Assembly: GCA_020348445.1 (NCBI GenBank)
Contig: CP070751.1
Coordinates: forward strand, 4,070,164 to 4,134,163
Direction of reading: 5' to 3'
Length of the DNA stretch: 64,000 nt
Source: Thermoplasmata archaeon
GTDB taxonomy: Archaea > Thermoplasmatota > Thermoplasmata > GCA-020350865
Shown here: positions 40,529 through 50,900 of the stretch, in pieces
Numbering within the stretch: position 1 is the stretch's first letter
Layout of the letters: every line of letters begins with the position of its first letter
Program-made: the position numbers and the translations under genes
The notes under the pieces: model-generated
Seen by the model: the letters and a program-made list of their open reading frames with translations, nothing else
The model's database searches: none
What the model was told of the DNA's origin: nothing

Positions 40529-40671
40529 AGACAAGACTTCGTTTTAATAAAGGAGAATTACCTTTGATAATACCTAATGGCAGGTTTAAGGCATATATAC
40601 GGCGGATTTGAACTGTATCGGGTAGGATACATTCACCTTTCCTTTAAGCACAACCTTGATATACAGAAATA

Positions 40672-42126
40672 ATGTTTTATGATTCTATGATGCCCTTAAA
40701 AGAGGTTAACGTACTTGACATAAACTCGGAACACCTTGGTGTGCCAACGTTCCAGCTCATGGAGAATGCTGGGAAGGGCACAGCAGAAACCGCACTTGCA
40801 CAATTTCAAATCGAGAATAAGAATGTTGTTATAATATGCGGCCCTGGAAACAACGGTGGTGATGGATATGTCACAGCAAGGTATCTTTCAGAGAAAAGCA
40901 AAGTTAAAGTGATTCTGTTAAAGCCTGAAAGCAAGATTCGCTCGAAGATATCAAGGACAAATTATGACAAGATAAAGGATACAATCGAGATAGTCGATGC
41001 AACTTCTCTGGAAAAAGACATCGAAGGTGCAGAGCTTGTCATAGATGCCATGCTGGGAATAGGCATTTTTGGGGAGGTGAGAGAGCCGTACCTGTCCTGC
41101 ATAAGAACCATTAACAAATCCAATGTCCAGGTATTGTCTGTAGATGTGCCAAGTGGCCTGGGAACAAAGGATGCCATACATCCAGAAATGACAGTCACTT
41201 TTCATGATGTTAAGAAAGGAATGACAAAAGAGAACTCGGGTGATATTGTGGTAGTTGATATTGGTATACCCAAGGAGGCTGAGAAATTTCTCGGCCCTGG
41301 AGAGTATGTGTATTTTCCAAAACCAAAAGAGGATTCCCATAAGGGAGACAATGGCAGACTCTTGATCGTTGGGGGAGGACCATATACAGGAGCCCCGGCT
41401 CTTGCTGGTTTGGCTGCATACCGCATGGGTGTTGATCTTGTTCATATCGCCACCCCAAAAAAGACCTACCAGGTGATTGCTTCCTATTCACCTAATTTCA
41501 TAGTTCATAGGCTAAGTGGAGATATATTCACCTCTGAAGATATGACAATTTTAAATGACTGGATAGATAAAATAGATGCCATTGTAATTGGTTGCGGCCT
41601 CGGGGATCACCCCGATACACAAAACGCGGTCTTGGAGTTTATCAAGGAATGCCAAAAACCTTTGGTCATAGACGCCGATGCCATAAAACCTGTTGCAGGG
41701 GAACTAGGGGTTCTGAAAGATCGGGATGGAGTATTGACCCCTCACGCTGGAGAGTTCAAAATACTAAGTGGAAAAAATGTCGAGCCAGACATCGAATCCA
41801 GAGCTGAACAGGTGAAGTTATTTGCCAATGAATCAGGATTCACAATTTTAATGAAAGGGGCGATCGATATAATCTCAGATGGCGAGAATGTGAAACTGAA
41901 CAAGACAGGCAATTGCGCCATGACGGTAGGGGGAACAGGAGATGTGTTGGCAGGTTGTGTGGGTGCCATGCTTTCGAAGGGCGTATCCCCTTTCAACTCG
42001 GCAAGAATCGCTGCCTTCACAAACGGCACTGCAGGGGATTTGGCATTCAAGGATCTGGGCTACTCCATGATGGCCACTGATATAATTGAAAAGATACCAA
42101 TTGTCGTGAAATCGTTTTTAAGATGA
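40672..42126 (+). CDS. nnr: Bifunctional NAD(P)H-hydrate epimerase/dehydratase (YjeF)
   Basis: LMENAG, CGPGNNGGDG, DVPSG, HKGDNG..LIVGG, DADA, LTPH.GEF, GGTGDVLAG. Confidence 0.93.
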   Translation: MFYDSMMPLKEVNVLDINSEHLGVPTFQLMENAGKGTAETALAQFQIENKNVVIICGPGNNGGDGYVTARYLSEKSKVKVILLKPESKIRSKISRTNYDKIKDTIEIVDATSLEKDIEGAELVIDAMLGIGIFGEVREPYLSCIRTINKSNVQVLSVDVPSGLGTKDAIHPEMTVTFHDVKKGMTKENSGDIVVVDIGIPKEAEKFLGPGEYVYFPKPKEDSHKGDNGRLLIVGGGPYTGAPALAGLAAYRMGVDLVHIATPKKTYQVIASYSPNFIVHRLSGDIFTSEDMTILNDWIDKIDAIVIGCGLGDHPDTQNAVLEFIKECQKPLVIDADAIKPVAGELGVLKDRDGVLTPHAGEFKILSGKNVEPDIESRAEQVKLFANESGFTILMKGAIDIISDGENVKLNKTGNCAMTVGGTGDVLAGCVGAMLSKGVSPFNSARIAAFTNGTAGDLAFKDLGYSMMATDIIEKIPIVVKSFLR

Positions 42127-42281
42127 TTTTTGTCAGTCTAATTTGGATATTTCCTCTTTACTGGCTGTATCTTATTAAAGATGGCGGGAGAAATGGAAAG
42201 GGGGACATTTTTCTATTGCTTAATTCAAATAACCTAACAACTTTAATATGTCCCTACCCATTACCCCCTTCTCGTGATAAT

Positions 42282-43541
42282 ATGCCAAAGCCCGCACTGT
42301 CTAAGATAGTGGAAGAGCAGATCAAAAAACCCTCTCCAATAAGGCAGATCATGAAGATGGCGGAGCGTAAAAATATCATCAACATGGGCCTTGACCCCGA
42401 TGATGTCATATCATTCGGCGGGGGATGGGTTAACCACGAAGCACCTGAAGAGTTTCGGAAAAGTTACATCCAGGTATGCAGCGACAAGAAGGAGTTTCAT
42501 AAAAGCGGAGCTTACAGCGCCACACCCGGTGACAGTGACCTGAGGGATTTGATAGCAAATTATGAAAAGGAAATATTTGGAATAAAAGATTTGACTTGCG
42601 ACAATGTAATAATTGGGCAGAGCAGCACCCAGGTCACCCACGATACCTTCATATGTCTTGCAGATCCAGGGGATGCGATTTTACTTTTAGATCCAACTTA
42701 CGCCAATTATCCTGGACAAATGGATTTTGCACTTCCAAATTCCAAGATCCTCCATTTGCAGGTCCTTGATCCTGCGACATGGACCTATCTACCAGATGTA
42801 AACAAGACCATAGAGGATTTCAAGAGCATCTTCTCAGAGCATAAGCCAAAACTGGTGCTAATTCCATCACCAGATAATCCCTCAAGCAAGATGATACATC
42901 CCGAGTTGTTGAGTACAATGCGGGATGTAACAAAGGAGGCAGGTTCATTTCTGTTAATTGACCATGCCTATAAAACCCAGTATTTTGGAGACTCACCCCC
43001 AAAGTACTTCTCTTGGTCTCCTTCTGAGCATGAGAACCTCGTCACATTGCATTCCAATTCCAAGTGGGCAAGGGGTTTGGGCAGGAGGCTCGGATGGGTC
43101 GAGGCCGCAGAGCATGTGATAGATGGCATGGAGCGCATACAGCAGTGCAGTATCCTATGTCCCGACTCTTTGCATCAGATGGCAATGAAAGCCTATCTTT
43201 CCAAGGCCCTTGAGGATGGAACCCTGAAGCAGTATGTGGAGGAGGTTAGAAGATCCTATGAGGAAGCAGCCAATACAACAATTTCCGCAATTGACCATCA
43301 TCTTGGAAAACCGAGATTGGAACCTGACGGCGGCCTTTACACTGTAATGCATGTAGGCGAGGATTCTGATGAGTTCGTATTGAGGGTTTTAAAGAATACT
43401 GGCGTGCTTTTCATACCTGGCAAGGGTTTTGGGGAGTCTCTTAAAAATGGAGTCAGGATATCATATGGACCCTGGGTCGGGAATCACGAGAAGATAAAAG
43501 AAGGTATGGAGAGGGTTGGTAAGTACTTGGGTAAGAATTGA
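42282..43541 (+). CDS. PLP-dependent aminotransferase class I/II
   Basis: SPDNPS, DHAY, SNSKWARGLGRRLGW (PLP lysine); ATG 42282 preferred over 42123. Confidence 0.85.
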   Translation: MPKPALSKIVEEQIKKPSPIRQIMKMAERKNIINMGLDPDDVISFGGGWVNHEAPEEFRKSYIQVCSDKKEFHKSGAYSATPGDSDLRDLIANYEKEIFGIKDLTCDNVIIGQSSTQVTHDTFICLADPGDAILLLDPTYANYPGQMDFALPNSKILHLQVLDPATWTYLPDVNKTIEDFKSIFSEHKPKLVLIPSPDNPSSKMIHPELLSTMRDVTKEAGSFLLIDHAYKTQYFGDSPPKYFSWSPSEHENLVTLHSNSKWARGLGRRLGWVEAAEHVIDGMERIQQCSILCPDSLHQMAMKAYLSKALEDGTLKQYVEEVRRSYEEAANTTISAIDHHLGKPRLEPDGGLYTVMHVGEDSDEFVLRVLKNTGVLFIPGKGFGESLKNGVRISYGPWVGNHEKIKEGMERVGKYLGKN

Positions 43542-43594
43542 AGGTTTGAAATAATTGATAAAGATGTAATTACCTTGATATTCCCCTGAGACAT

Positions 43595-44791
43595 TCAGCT
43601 TAAGACAGCTACAGTATCGGACTTGGTATTGATTTCACCATGTTGATCCGTTACTGTCAGACTAATCCCGTAATAACCAGGATTACTAAATGTATAAGTT
43701 GTTTTTTCATTTGTATCGGAGTGTACCATGACACCTGGTTTCTCTGCACTTGAACTAAGAGTGATAAGCCAATAGTATTCTAAATCCCCCTCATCCTCAG
43801 AACTACTGCCATCAAAATCTATCTCCTCATTTAAGTCTATGTTACCATCTTCATTTCCGGGAGGTGGATCATCGATTGTGTATTTTGCTTTTGGAGGGGC
43901 ATTTATTAACAATTTCTTCTCAACAGTGTAGCTGGCATAGTTTGACGAGCTTTTGATAGCATTGTTTTCTATATCGATAGAAACTGTATAATTACCACTT
44001 TTTGCATAGGTTAATGTTGTGGAGTACAGCGCATTTTCCGGGGTCTCCCATTCTCCTATACCTGATGTGATAGATAATGATTCAGATGTATTTGCGATAC
44101 TGGAAATCCTGATCTCTGCATCTTTAGGCTGTGCATTGTCCTCACCGCCTACTCCAACGTTAAGTGTGAACTGCGGCTGCCCACCAACGATAACATTATC
44201 GGTATTGGTTAGGGTAATGTACTTCAATACCCAATCAATTTTATAAGTGGCCTCACCTGAAACACCCTCATATTCCACGAAGATTTTATACTCGCCGTTG
44301 TCCACAACAAATTCATTGTAGTCAATAGTTATGGCAGCCGAATTACCGGTTATCTTCCAGTTATTGTTGGAATAAACCTCATCGATGCCGAATTTTATGG
44401 TTATTTTAGCTTTTCCTGAGCTTTCAGTTGCACTGTCAGAACTGATGTAAGCATTCAATACCAACCCATCTGATCCAGTTTGCGGATTGATTGCGATGTC
44501 TGTAGGTGCCCGCGGCAGAAAGATAAATATTACAATGCTCGCGATGATAACAAGAATTACCACGGTAACTATTATCAGGCCTTTCTTTACCCCAGGCTTC
44601 GGTTTCTTTGATGGAGGTGGAGCCGCTGCCACCTGCGGTGGTTCCTCGGGAGGCATTTCTTCTGCTACTTCTACTACCTCTCCCTCATATATTTCATCTT
44701 CAAAGTCATCTTCATAATCTTCTTCAAACTCATCATCATCATAATCCAATCGTACATCCAAAGTATCACCCCATTTTGGGCTGGGATTCAA
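43595..44791 (-). CDS. Single-pass membrane protein with an acidic N-tail and a C-terminal PKD domain
   Basis: D/E-rich N-terminus, Pro/Lys linker, TM segment, C-terminal FDGSSS.D....Y.W...Y.ISLTVTD PKD motif. Start may be a TTG near 44761. Confidence 0.7.
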   Translation of the reverse strand: MNPSPKWGDTLDVRLDYDDDEFEEDYEDDFEDEIYEGEVVEVAEEMPPEEPPQVAAAPPPSKKPKPGVKKGLIIVTVVILVIIASIVIFIFLPRAPTDIAINPQTGSDGLVLNAYISSDSATESSGKAKITIKFGIDEVYSNNNWKITGNSAAITIDYNEFVVDNGEYKIFVEYEGVSGEATYKIDWVLKYITLTNTDNVIVGGQPQFTLNVGVGGEDNAQPKDAEIRISSIANTSESLSITSGIGEWETPENALYSTTLTYAKSGNYTVSIDIENNAIKSSSNYASYTVEKKLLINAPPKAKYTIDDPPPGNEDGNIDLNEEIDFDGSSSEDEGDLEYYWLITLSSSAEKPGVMVHSDTNEKTTYTFSNPGYYGISLTVTDQHGEINTKSDTVAVLS

Positions 44792-44811
44792 AGGCTAGTT
44801 ATGGCCTTTCA

Positions 44812-45729
44812 TCACTTTCTTGATCGAAAAGCAGTTAATTCCTTTGTATCTCGCCTTCTCTTTACAATCACAGCCATGAATGCAAGTGCTAAAACCGCAA
44901 ATACAGGCTCAAAACCTGGGATGTATATCCCTCTGACTCTAATGAAAATCGGATATTCCTCGAAAACCGATTCATCGGGAGATGAAGTTGAAATCACCCT
45001 AAGCTGTACGGTCTCAACCTTGTCCGTCCAGATGGTCCAATCGTGGGGTAATGTGATAGGGAGACTGAATATCTTGGGTTCCAGTCTCGGTATCGTGGTT
45101 TTTGGCAACAGGGGGATGGTCCAACCTTTGTCAGAAAATTTTTCGAGGTTCACAATCTCCCATCTAATTTCATCTTCGAAGTTGCCGGTGTTCTCCACCC
45201 TGATACTGAAGACGGCTTGGGTCCCAGGGCCAGTCTCGATCAAGGGCATTTCGGAGAATATTGTAAGCCTCTGGAACTGCGTTACTATGACCTGCCCCTC
45301 TCCAGGTATGCATTGTCCTGATGTTGCACCCTGGTTCCAGGTTCCATCAACCCTGAATTTTATAGGCTGTCTAACTGTTAGAAGGGGCACCGTTACATCT
45401 AAAACAAATTGCTGTTCAGTATCACCAGCTCCTTGAAATATCATACCTGCTGGTGATAGGGATGCTGCTGCTCCAGGAACAGAGGCACTCAAAGATACCA
45501 TGAGAGGAATCGCTGTGTTGATATTGGTTAAACTCACAGTACCTGTAAATGAAACCACTCCTGTGGAGCCTGGTGAAACATCAACTTCTTTGGTAGCTGG
45601 GGGGTTAATAATGATCTCAACTTGGGTTATAATATCTGCTTCTGCTGGCTCCGGTACGACAAAAAACATCATACTAGGAAGCAACATGAAGATAACTAGA
45701 CCTATTCGCAATGCTCTTCTAGAGATCAT
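44812..45729 (-). CDS. Secreted Ig-fold surface protein with a PGF-CTERM-like anchor (choice-of-anchor T-like)
   Basis: Signal peptide from ATG 45729 (MISRRALRIGLVIF); VDVSPG..G.V.F.G.V; C-terminal IPGFEP-TM-KRRR. Confidence 0.7.
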   Translation of the reverse strand: MISRRALRIGLVIFMLLPSMMFFVVPEPAEADIITQVEIIINPPATKEVDVSPGSTGVVSFTGTVSLTNINTAIPLMVSLSASVPGAAASLSPAGMIFQGAGDTEQQFVLDVTVPLLTVRQPIKFRVDGTWNQGATSGQCIPGEGQVIVTQFQRLTIFSEMPLIETGPGTQAVFSIRVENTGNFEDEIRWEIVNLEKFSDKGWTIPLLPKTTIPRLEPKIFSLPITLPHDWTIWTDKVETVQLRVISTSSPDESVFEEYPIFIRVRGIYIPGFEPVFAVLALAFMAVIVKRRRDTKELTAFRSRK

Positions 45730-46033
45730 TTTATGCACCTCAACAGAATGCGGTAAAGTTTTTTTCCCTATATAATTGTTTTTGTTTTTAGAAGGGTGCT
45801 TTCGGGCCGATTTCGGAGGATTTTGGGATATTGCAGTATCATGCATTCCTTTCACCTCATTAAAAGGTTATATCGCCTAAGTATATTAAGGAGTTTGGTG
45901 AAGTTTTTTGACTATTTTATATATATATGTATTGTTTTATTTCGATTATGCCCTGTAAAATCCCGGTTCCACCCCGATAAGGGTCCAATAAAAAACCTAT
46001 TAACTCAATACCGTTATTTCGGTTCGTGGTCTT

Positions 46034-47347
46034 ATGGACTACCCAAAGAAAGTCGCCAAATTGCTTAAAGAATCAGAAATTGAGGTGGGAGACATAATTA
46101 CAATAAGCTCCGAAAAGGGAGTTTACAAGGGTATTTTGATGCCCCATCATGAAGCGAGTTGCGAGGATATATTGACAATAAAACTCGATAATGGCTACAA
46201 TATCGGGATCTCAGTCAATGATGAAAGTAGAATCTTTTTGGTGGAAAGGGCTGCGAAATTAGTTGGAAAAGAAAATAAGTTAGATTTCGATGAGAGCAAA
46301 CCACAGATAACTGTTTTGGGCACAGGGGGCACCATAGCTAGTTATATTGATTATAGGACAGGTGCTGTGCATCCAGCATTGAACACCGAGGACTTGGCCT
46401 ATTCTGTACCTGAACTGGCTGAAATATGCAACATCAAGGCAAAGGTACTTTTCAGCATGTTCAGCGAGGATTTAACTTTAGAACACTGGCAGAAACTGGC
46501 AAAGGAAGCGGCCTTAGAGCTTAATTCAGGGGCAGAAGGTGTTATCGTGGCACACGGAACAGATACCATGGGATACACTTCCTCTGCACTCTCATTCATG
46601 CTGAGAAATCTCACGAGTCCTGTGATTCTAATTGGATCGCAGAGGTCCAGTGATAGACCTTCTACCGATTCCAGACTCAATTTGATTTCTGCGGCGCAAC
46701 TTGCAGTTAATTCGGATCTGGGGGAAGTGGTGGTTATGATGCATGGCAATACCTCAGATTCACACGTTGTGATACACCGAGGAACCAAGGTAAGAAAGAT
46801 GCATGCAAGCAGAAGGGGTGCCTTTTGCAGTATCAATGAAAAACCTTTGGGGACAGTAAAAGAAGGAATAATAGAAATATCTGGGTCCTATAGAAAAAGG
46901 GGGAAAGATAGTGTAGAAGTGCTTGAAAAAATGGAAGAAAAAGTTTGTCTTATATACACTTATCCAGGCATAAAAGCCGCCCTAATCGATTATTTGGCTG
47001 AAAAAAATATGGGCATCGTTATAGCTGGAACAGGCCTTGGACACGCGGCTAATCAGATGATTGAGAGCATAAGAAATGCAATATCAAATGGTGTTTATGT
47101 TGTCATGACCTCCCAATGCTTCTATGGTAGGGTGAACATGAATGTTTATTCCACAGGGAGGGATTTAATGAGGGTGGGAGTGATTTCTGGGGAGGATATG
47201 CTGCCCGAGACAGCCTTCGTGAAGTTGATGTGGGTTTTGGGCCAAACCCAGGATCCTGAGGAGGTAAAGGCTCTTATCACAACCAATCTAGTGGGCGAAA
47301 TCGGGGTAAAAAGGGAGCTTTCTGGCCCCTTTCAAAGCTATGTTTAA
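46034..47347 (+). CDS. gatD: Glu-tRNA(Gln) amidotransferase subunit D
   Basis: GILMP, KLDNGYNIG, GTGGTIAS.IDYRTGAV, HGTDTM, GSQRSSDRPS.D. Confidence 0.95.
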   Translation: MDYPKKVAKLLKESEIEVGDIITISSEKGVYKGILMPHHEASCEDILTIKLDNGYNIGISVNDESRIFLVERAAKLVGKENKLDFDESKPQITVLGTGGTIASYIDYRTGAVHPALNTEDLAYSVPELAEICNIKAKVLFSMFSEDLTLEHWQKLAKEAALELNSGAEGVIVAHGTDTMGYTSSALSFMLRNLTSPVILIGSQRSSDRPSTDSRLNLISAAQLAVNSDLGEVVVMMHGNTSDSHVVIHRGTKVRKMHASRRGAFCSINEKPLGTVKEGIIEISGSYRKRGKDSVEVLEKMEEKVCLIYTYPGIKAALIDYLAEKNMGIVIAGTGLGHAANQMIESIRNAISNGVYVVMTSQCFYGRVNMNVYSTGRDLMRVGVISGEDMLPETAFVKLMWVLGQTQDPEEVKALITTNLVGEIGVKRELSGPFQSYV

Positions 47348-47619
47348 TTTTTTATTGATGTTCCATGGGGGGATTCTATGCATTATACCTTCATACTCCG
47401 CCAAATTGGTTGGTTAATTGGATTTTAAACATGATATTTCGATATAATTTAAGAAAAATACTTATATCATTTATTTTATAATTACAACCTCCATACCATT
47501 TGCTTAACATGAAAATTATCGACGAGTCCATTGCAAAAGGATTATATACCTGGATAGGCTTATTAAGGATTAAACCGGCTCAGAACTTACATTTAACCCC
47601 TTCAAACTGGTGATTAGAA

Positions 47620-47961
47620 ATGGTAGAAAACCATGCAGAAAGGAATCAAGAAGATCAGAGGAGTCCTGAAGAAATACTGATGCAATCCAAATACAAAGCG
47701 CACCGCCCTATGACGCCTGTTGAGGCCTCTGATGAGATTATATCGATATTTTGTGAGCTTCATGGAGGTATGGAGGCGGCAATGCCAATGATCGCCTACC
47801 AATTCAGGAAGGCGAATGTTGATTTTACAAATCCCTCGAAGGAAGGATTGAAGAAGGTGGCCGAGGGGCTCGTCAAGGTAACTGAATTTCTAAAAGGAAA
47901 GTCCATAGCAGAAAAAGAGGAGAAGCGTTTCAATCATGTAATAAAGATGATATCCATTTAA
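47620..47961 (+). CDS. Small helical hypothetical protein
   Basis: 113-aa ORF just upstream of and co-oriented with the large surface protein; no motif recognised. Confidence 0.6.
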   Translation: MVENHAERNQEDQRSPEEILMQSKYKAHRPMTPVEASDEIISIFCELHGGMEAAMPMIAYQFRKANVDFTNPSKEGLKKVAEGLVKVTEFLKGKSIAEKEEKRFNHVIKMISI

Positions 47962-47974
47962 GACAGCTTTAGAA

Positions 47975-50900
47975 TTGAATAAAAATAAACCTGATTGTGG
48001 TGAGAATCCAAGCAAACCATCAACAGTGGTATCAATGAGCAGAAAAAAAAAGTTACAGAATCTCGTGGTTTGGACCCTTGTTTTTTCATTATTTATACAA
48101 CTAACCTTGTTTTTTGAAGACTCTCAGATAATGGTTTCTGCTGGCGAGCCCGATATAATTGACAACGGCGACTACACCATGAGTGCAATATGGGATTTTG
48201 ATGATATAACTAAATTCAACCTCGATAATCTGACAATGAAACCCGGCTCCGTGGATCTCACATTAGACACATTTTGGTGGAATCAAACAACTTATGAAGA
48301 CTTCAGTTCAGGTATTAATATAAGTACCAATTTAACACTCTCAGGGGATATTACTCTGGCAGAGGAGATGAAGGGCGTGAATCTCATTCAAACCGGGGAT
48401 TTCTCTTCGAGTCTGGACTGGGACTTTAAGTCCGGAGCAAACATAACATCCAGTTACAATGGCAAGCGGGAAAACGCAAGACTGAGTTATAGTTATTTTA
48501 CTGGACCCAATACAGCATACCTGGTTCCAGTAGTTGGAGAAGATGATGGGATTGCAAGGGGTTGGCAAGGTATAGGCAATTGGATAATAGATGACACATC
48601 TTCATTCACAAGTGTCGGATTGATTTGGGAGGGCTTGTATTGGGTGAATGAAAGGTCGTTCTTCTACTTCAACTTAAACAGCATACCAAAAAAAGCCACA
48701 ATTGATAATGTTGTATTCTATGCCAGGATCCAGAAAGATTCTGATGATACCGACCACCTCATTGATATAGTTTCTTTAGAACAGGAAAGAGCCGATCATG
48801 ATACCCCCCGCTCTCTTTTTGATGACTGTGGGGATGGTACTATCTATGTAAATGATAGCGACTCGTTAAAGAAAGATGCACCGAATGTATACCATGAATG
48901 GGATCTAAATGCAGCAAAATCTGATTTGAAGGACAATTTGTTAAATAAAGGCTGGTTTGGAATCGGTATCTACGAGGAAGGGAACAACAGCGATAGGGCG
49001 CTTCTTAAATCAGTGGAAACTGATGTTCCACCTACACCTACACCACCTCAGCTTAATGTTTCTTACACAGTAACAGGTCCAGTTACTTTTGATGACACGG
49101 CTTACATCAATCAAACGTTTTACAAGCCAAATGTGACCCCCAACACCGCAGAGGCAGTCAATTTGAGTTTCGATTATAATATTGAGAAATTCCAAAATTG
49201 TACCGCAGAACTTTCTGTGATAATCGATGGTAATACCGTCTGGAACTACCCGATTTTCGATACTACCTCCGAAAAAATATACGTGAATGCCGGCCAGATC
49301 ATGACAGAGGCGAGGAACTATGACATAAGCCTTCAGCTGCATATGGATGTTTTATCGGCAACGAGCGTGGAATGTGTTGCAGAATTCGACAACGTTACCA
49401 TCACAACCCTGGGATATTCCGACTTCGGCACCTATACCTCACAAATTTATGAAACTGGCTCTGAGGTATTCTGGGATGAGATCAGTTGGAATTATTACCT
49501 TCCAGTTGATACAGACCTTACAATACGAACACGAAGCTCAATGGATAATTCCACATGGAGTGATTGGTCATATGAATATACAAATTCAGATGGAGAACAG
49601 ATCGCGCATAGTATTGGTAAGTTTATCCAGGTTGAGGTCAATCTAAGCACCACGAATTATACGAAGACACCATTTCTTTTTACAATTAACATATCCTACT
49701 CGAAACACCCCGTTAAAGGAACAATTGAAATGAAGGATGATTTAGTGGAAAATAATGTGCGAGATTGGGGTACCTTCAAGTGGGATGACCAATTAAATGG
49801 ACAGAATATATCCCACGAATATTCTACAGATGGTGGCAACTTTTGGTCTCAAGTTCCTTTTAATGGGGATATGTCCACAGCAGATATTGTTCCCGGAAAG
49901 ATCAGGCTACGAGCTCATTTCACAACCGAAGATACAACGAAAACCCCTTCTTTACAGAAGTGGAACTTAACATACAAGGTCAGTGCCTTGGCAAACCTGT
50001 TCGATAAATTGGATCCAGAATGGGGTTATAGAAATGAATGGTACAATTTCTCTGTGAGATATACTGATCCCGATAATGATCCCCCTGCGAGCCTCACATT
50101 GAATATCACGAACGGGACATCATATGTGGGCAATTGGGATATGCTTCCTTATGAGTTGAATGAAAGTGATTTAGATTATACTGATGGAAAATGGTATTAT
50201 TTCAACAGAACAGGATTTAAAAGAGGGACCAATTATACGTTCCATTTTGCTGCAGAAGATCCCTTCGGCACGTGGACCGAAAGTGAGTCAAGGAATCGCC
50301 CATTGATTTTAAATTCAGAGCCCAAGATATTAACGAGTAACGTTCTTGGTGCAGATGAGGGTGAGCCATATATAGTGGATTATGAAGCAGAGGACCTTGA
50401 GGATCTGGAAAATCTGACCTGGTCATTAGAAACAAATACTTCATCATGGCTTGAAATAGGGCCTGTAAATGGAACTCTTTATGGTACACCTCCAGGCGGA
50501 ACCAGGGGCGAGTTTTGGATAAATATCACTGTCTCAGATGGATACGGGGGTTTTGCTAATACCAACTTTACCTTGATTGTGGGGGATAGGATACCACCTG
50601 TTGCAGATGCCGGCAAAGATGGTGTTGCTTACGAAGATGTGCCCTATTTTTTCGACGGAACGAACTCCTCGGACAACTCCGGCGTATTATATTATACCTG
50701 GCTTTTCGAAGAGGATAGCATAGGCTATGAAGGAAAACCCACATATACATTCACCCAAAAGGGTCATTACAAGGTGATTTTAATAGTAAAAGATCCGTTA
50801 AACAACGATGACATGGATTACGTCAACATTACCGTATATAACACACCTCCTACTGCTGTCGCAGGGGGCGATAAAATCGTAGACGAGGGACAAACCGTGC

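Noticed and set aside
40601-40614. GGCGGATTTGAACT, antisense T-loop-like word
   Set aside because: Too short and no other tRNA arms nearby; likely chance.
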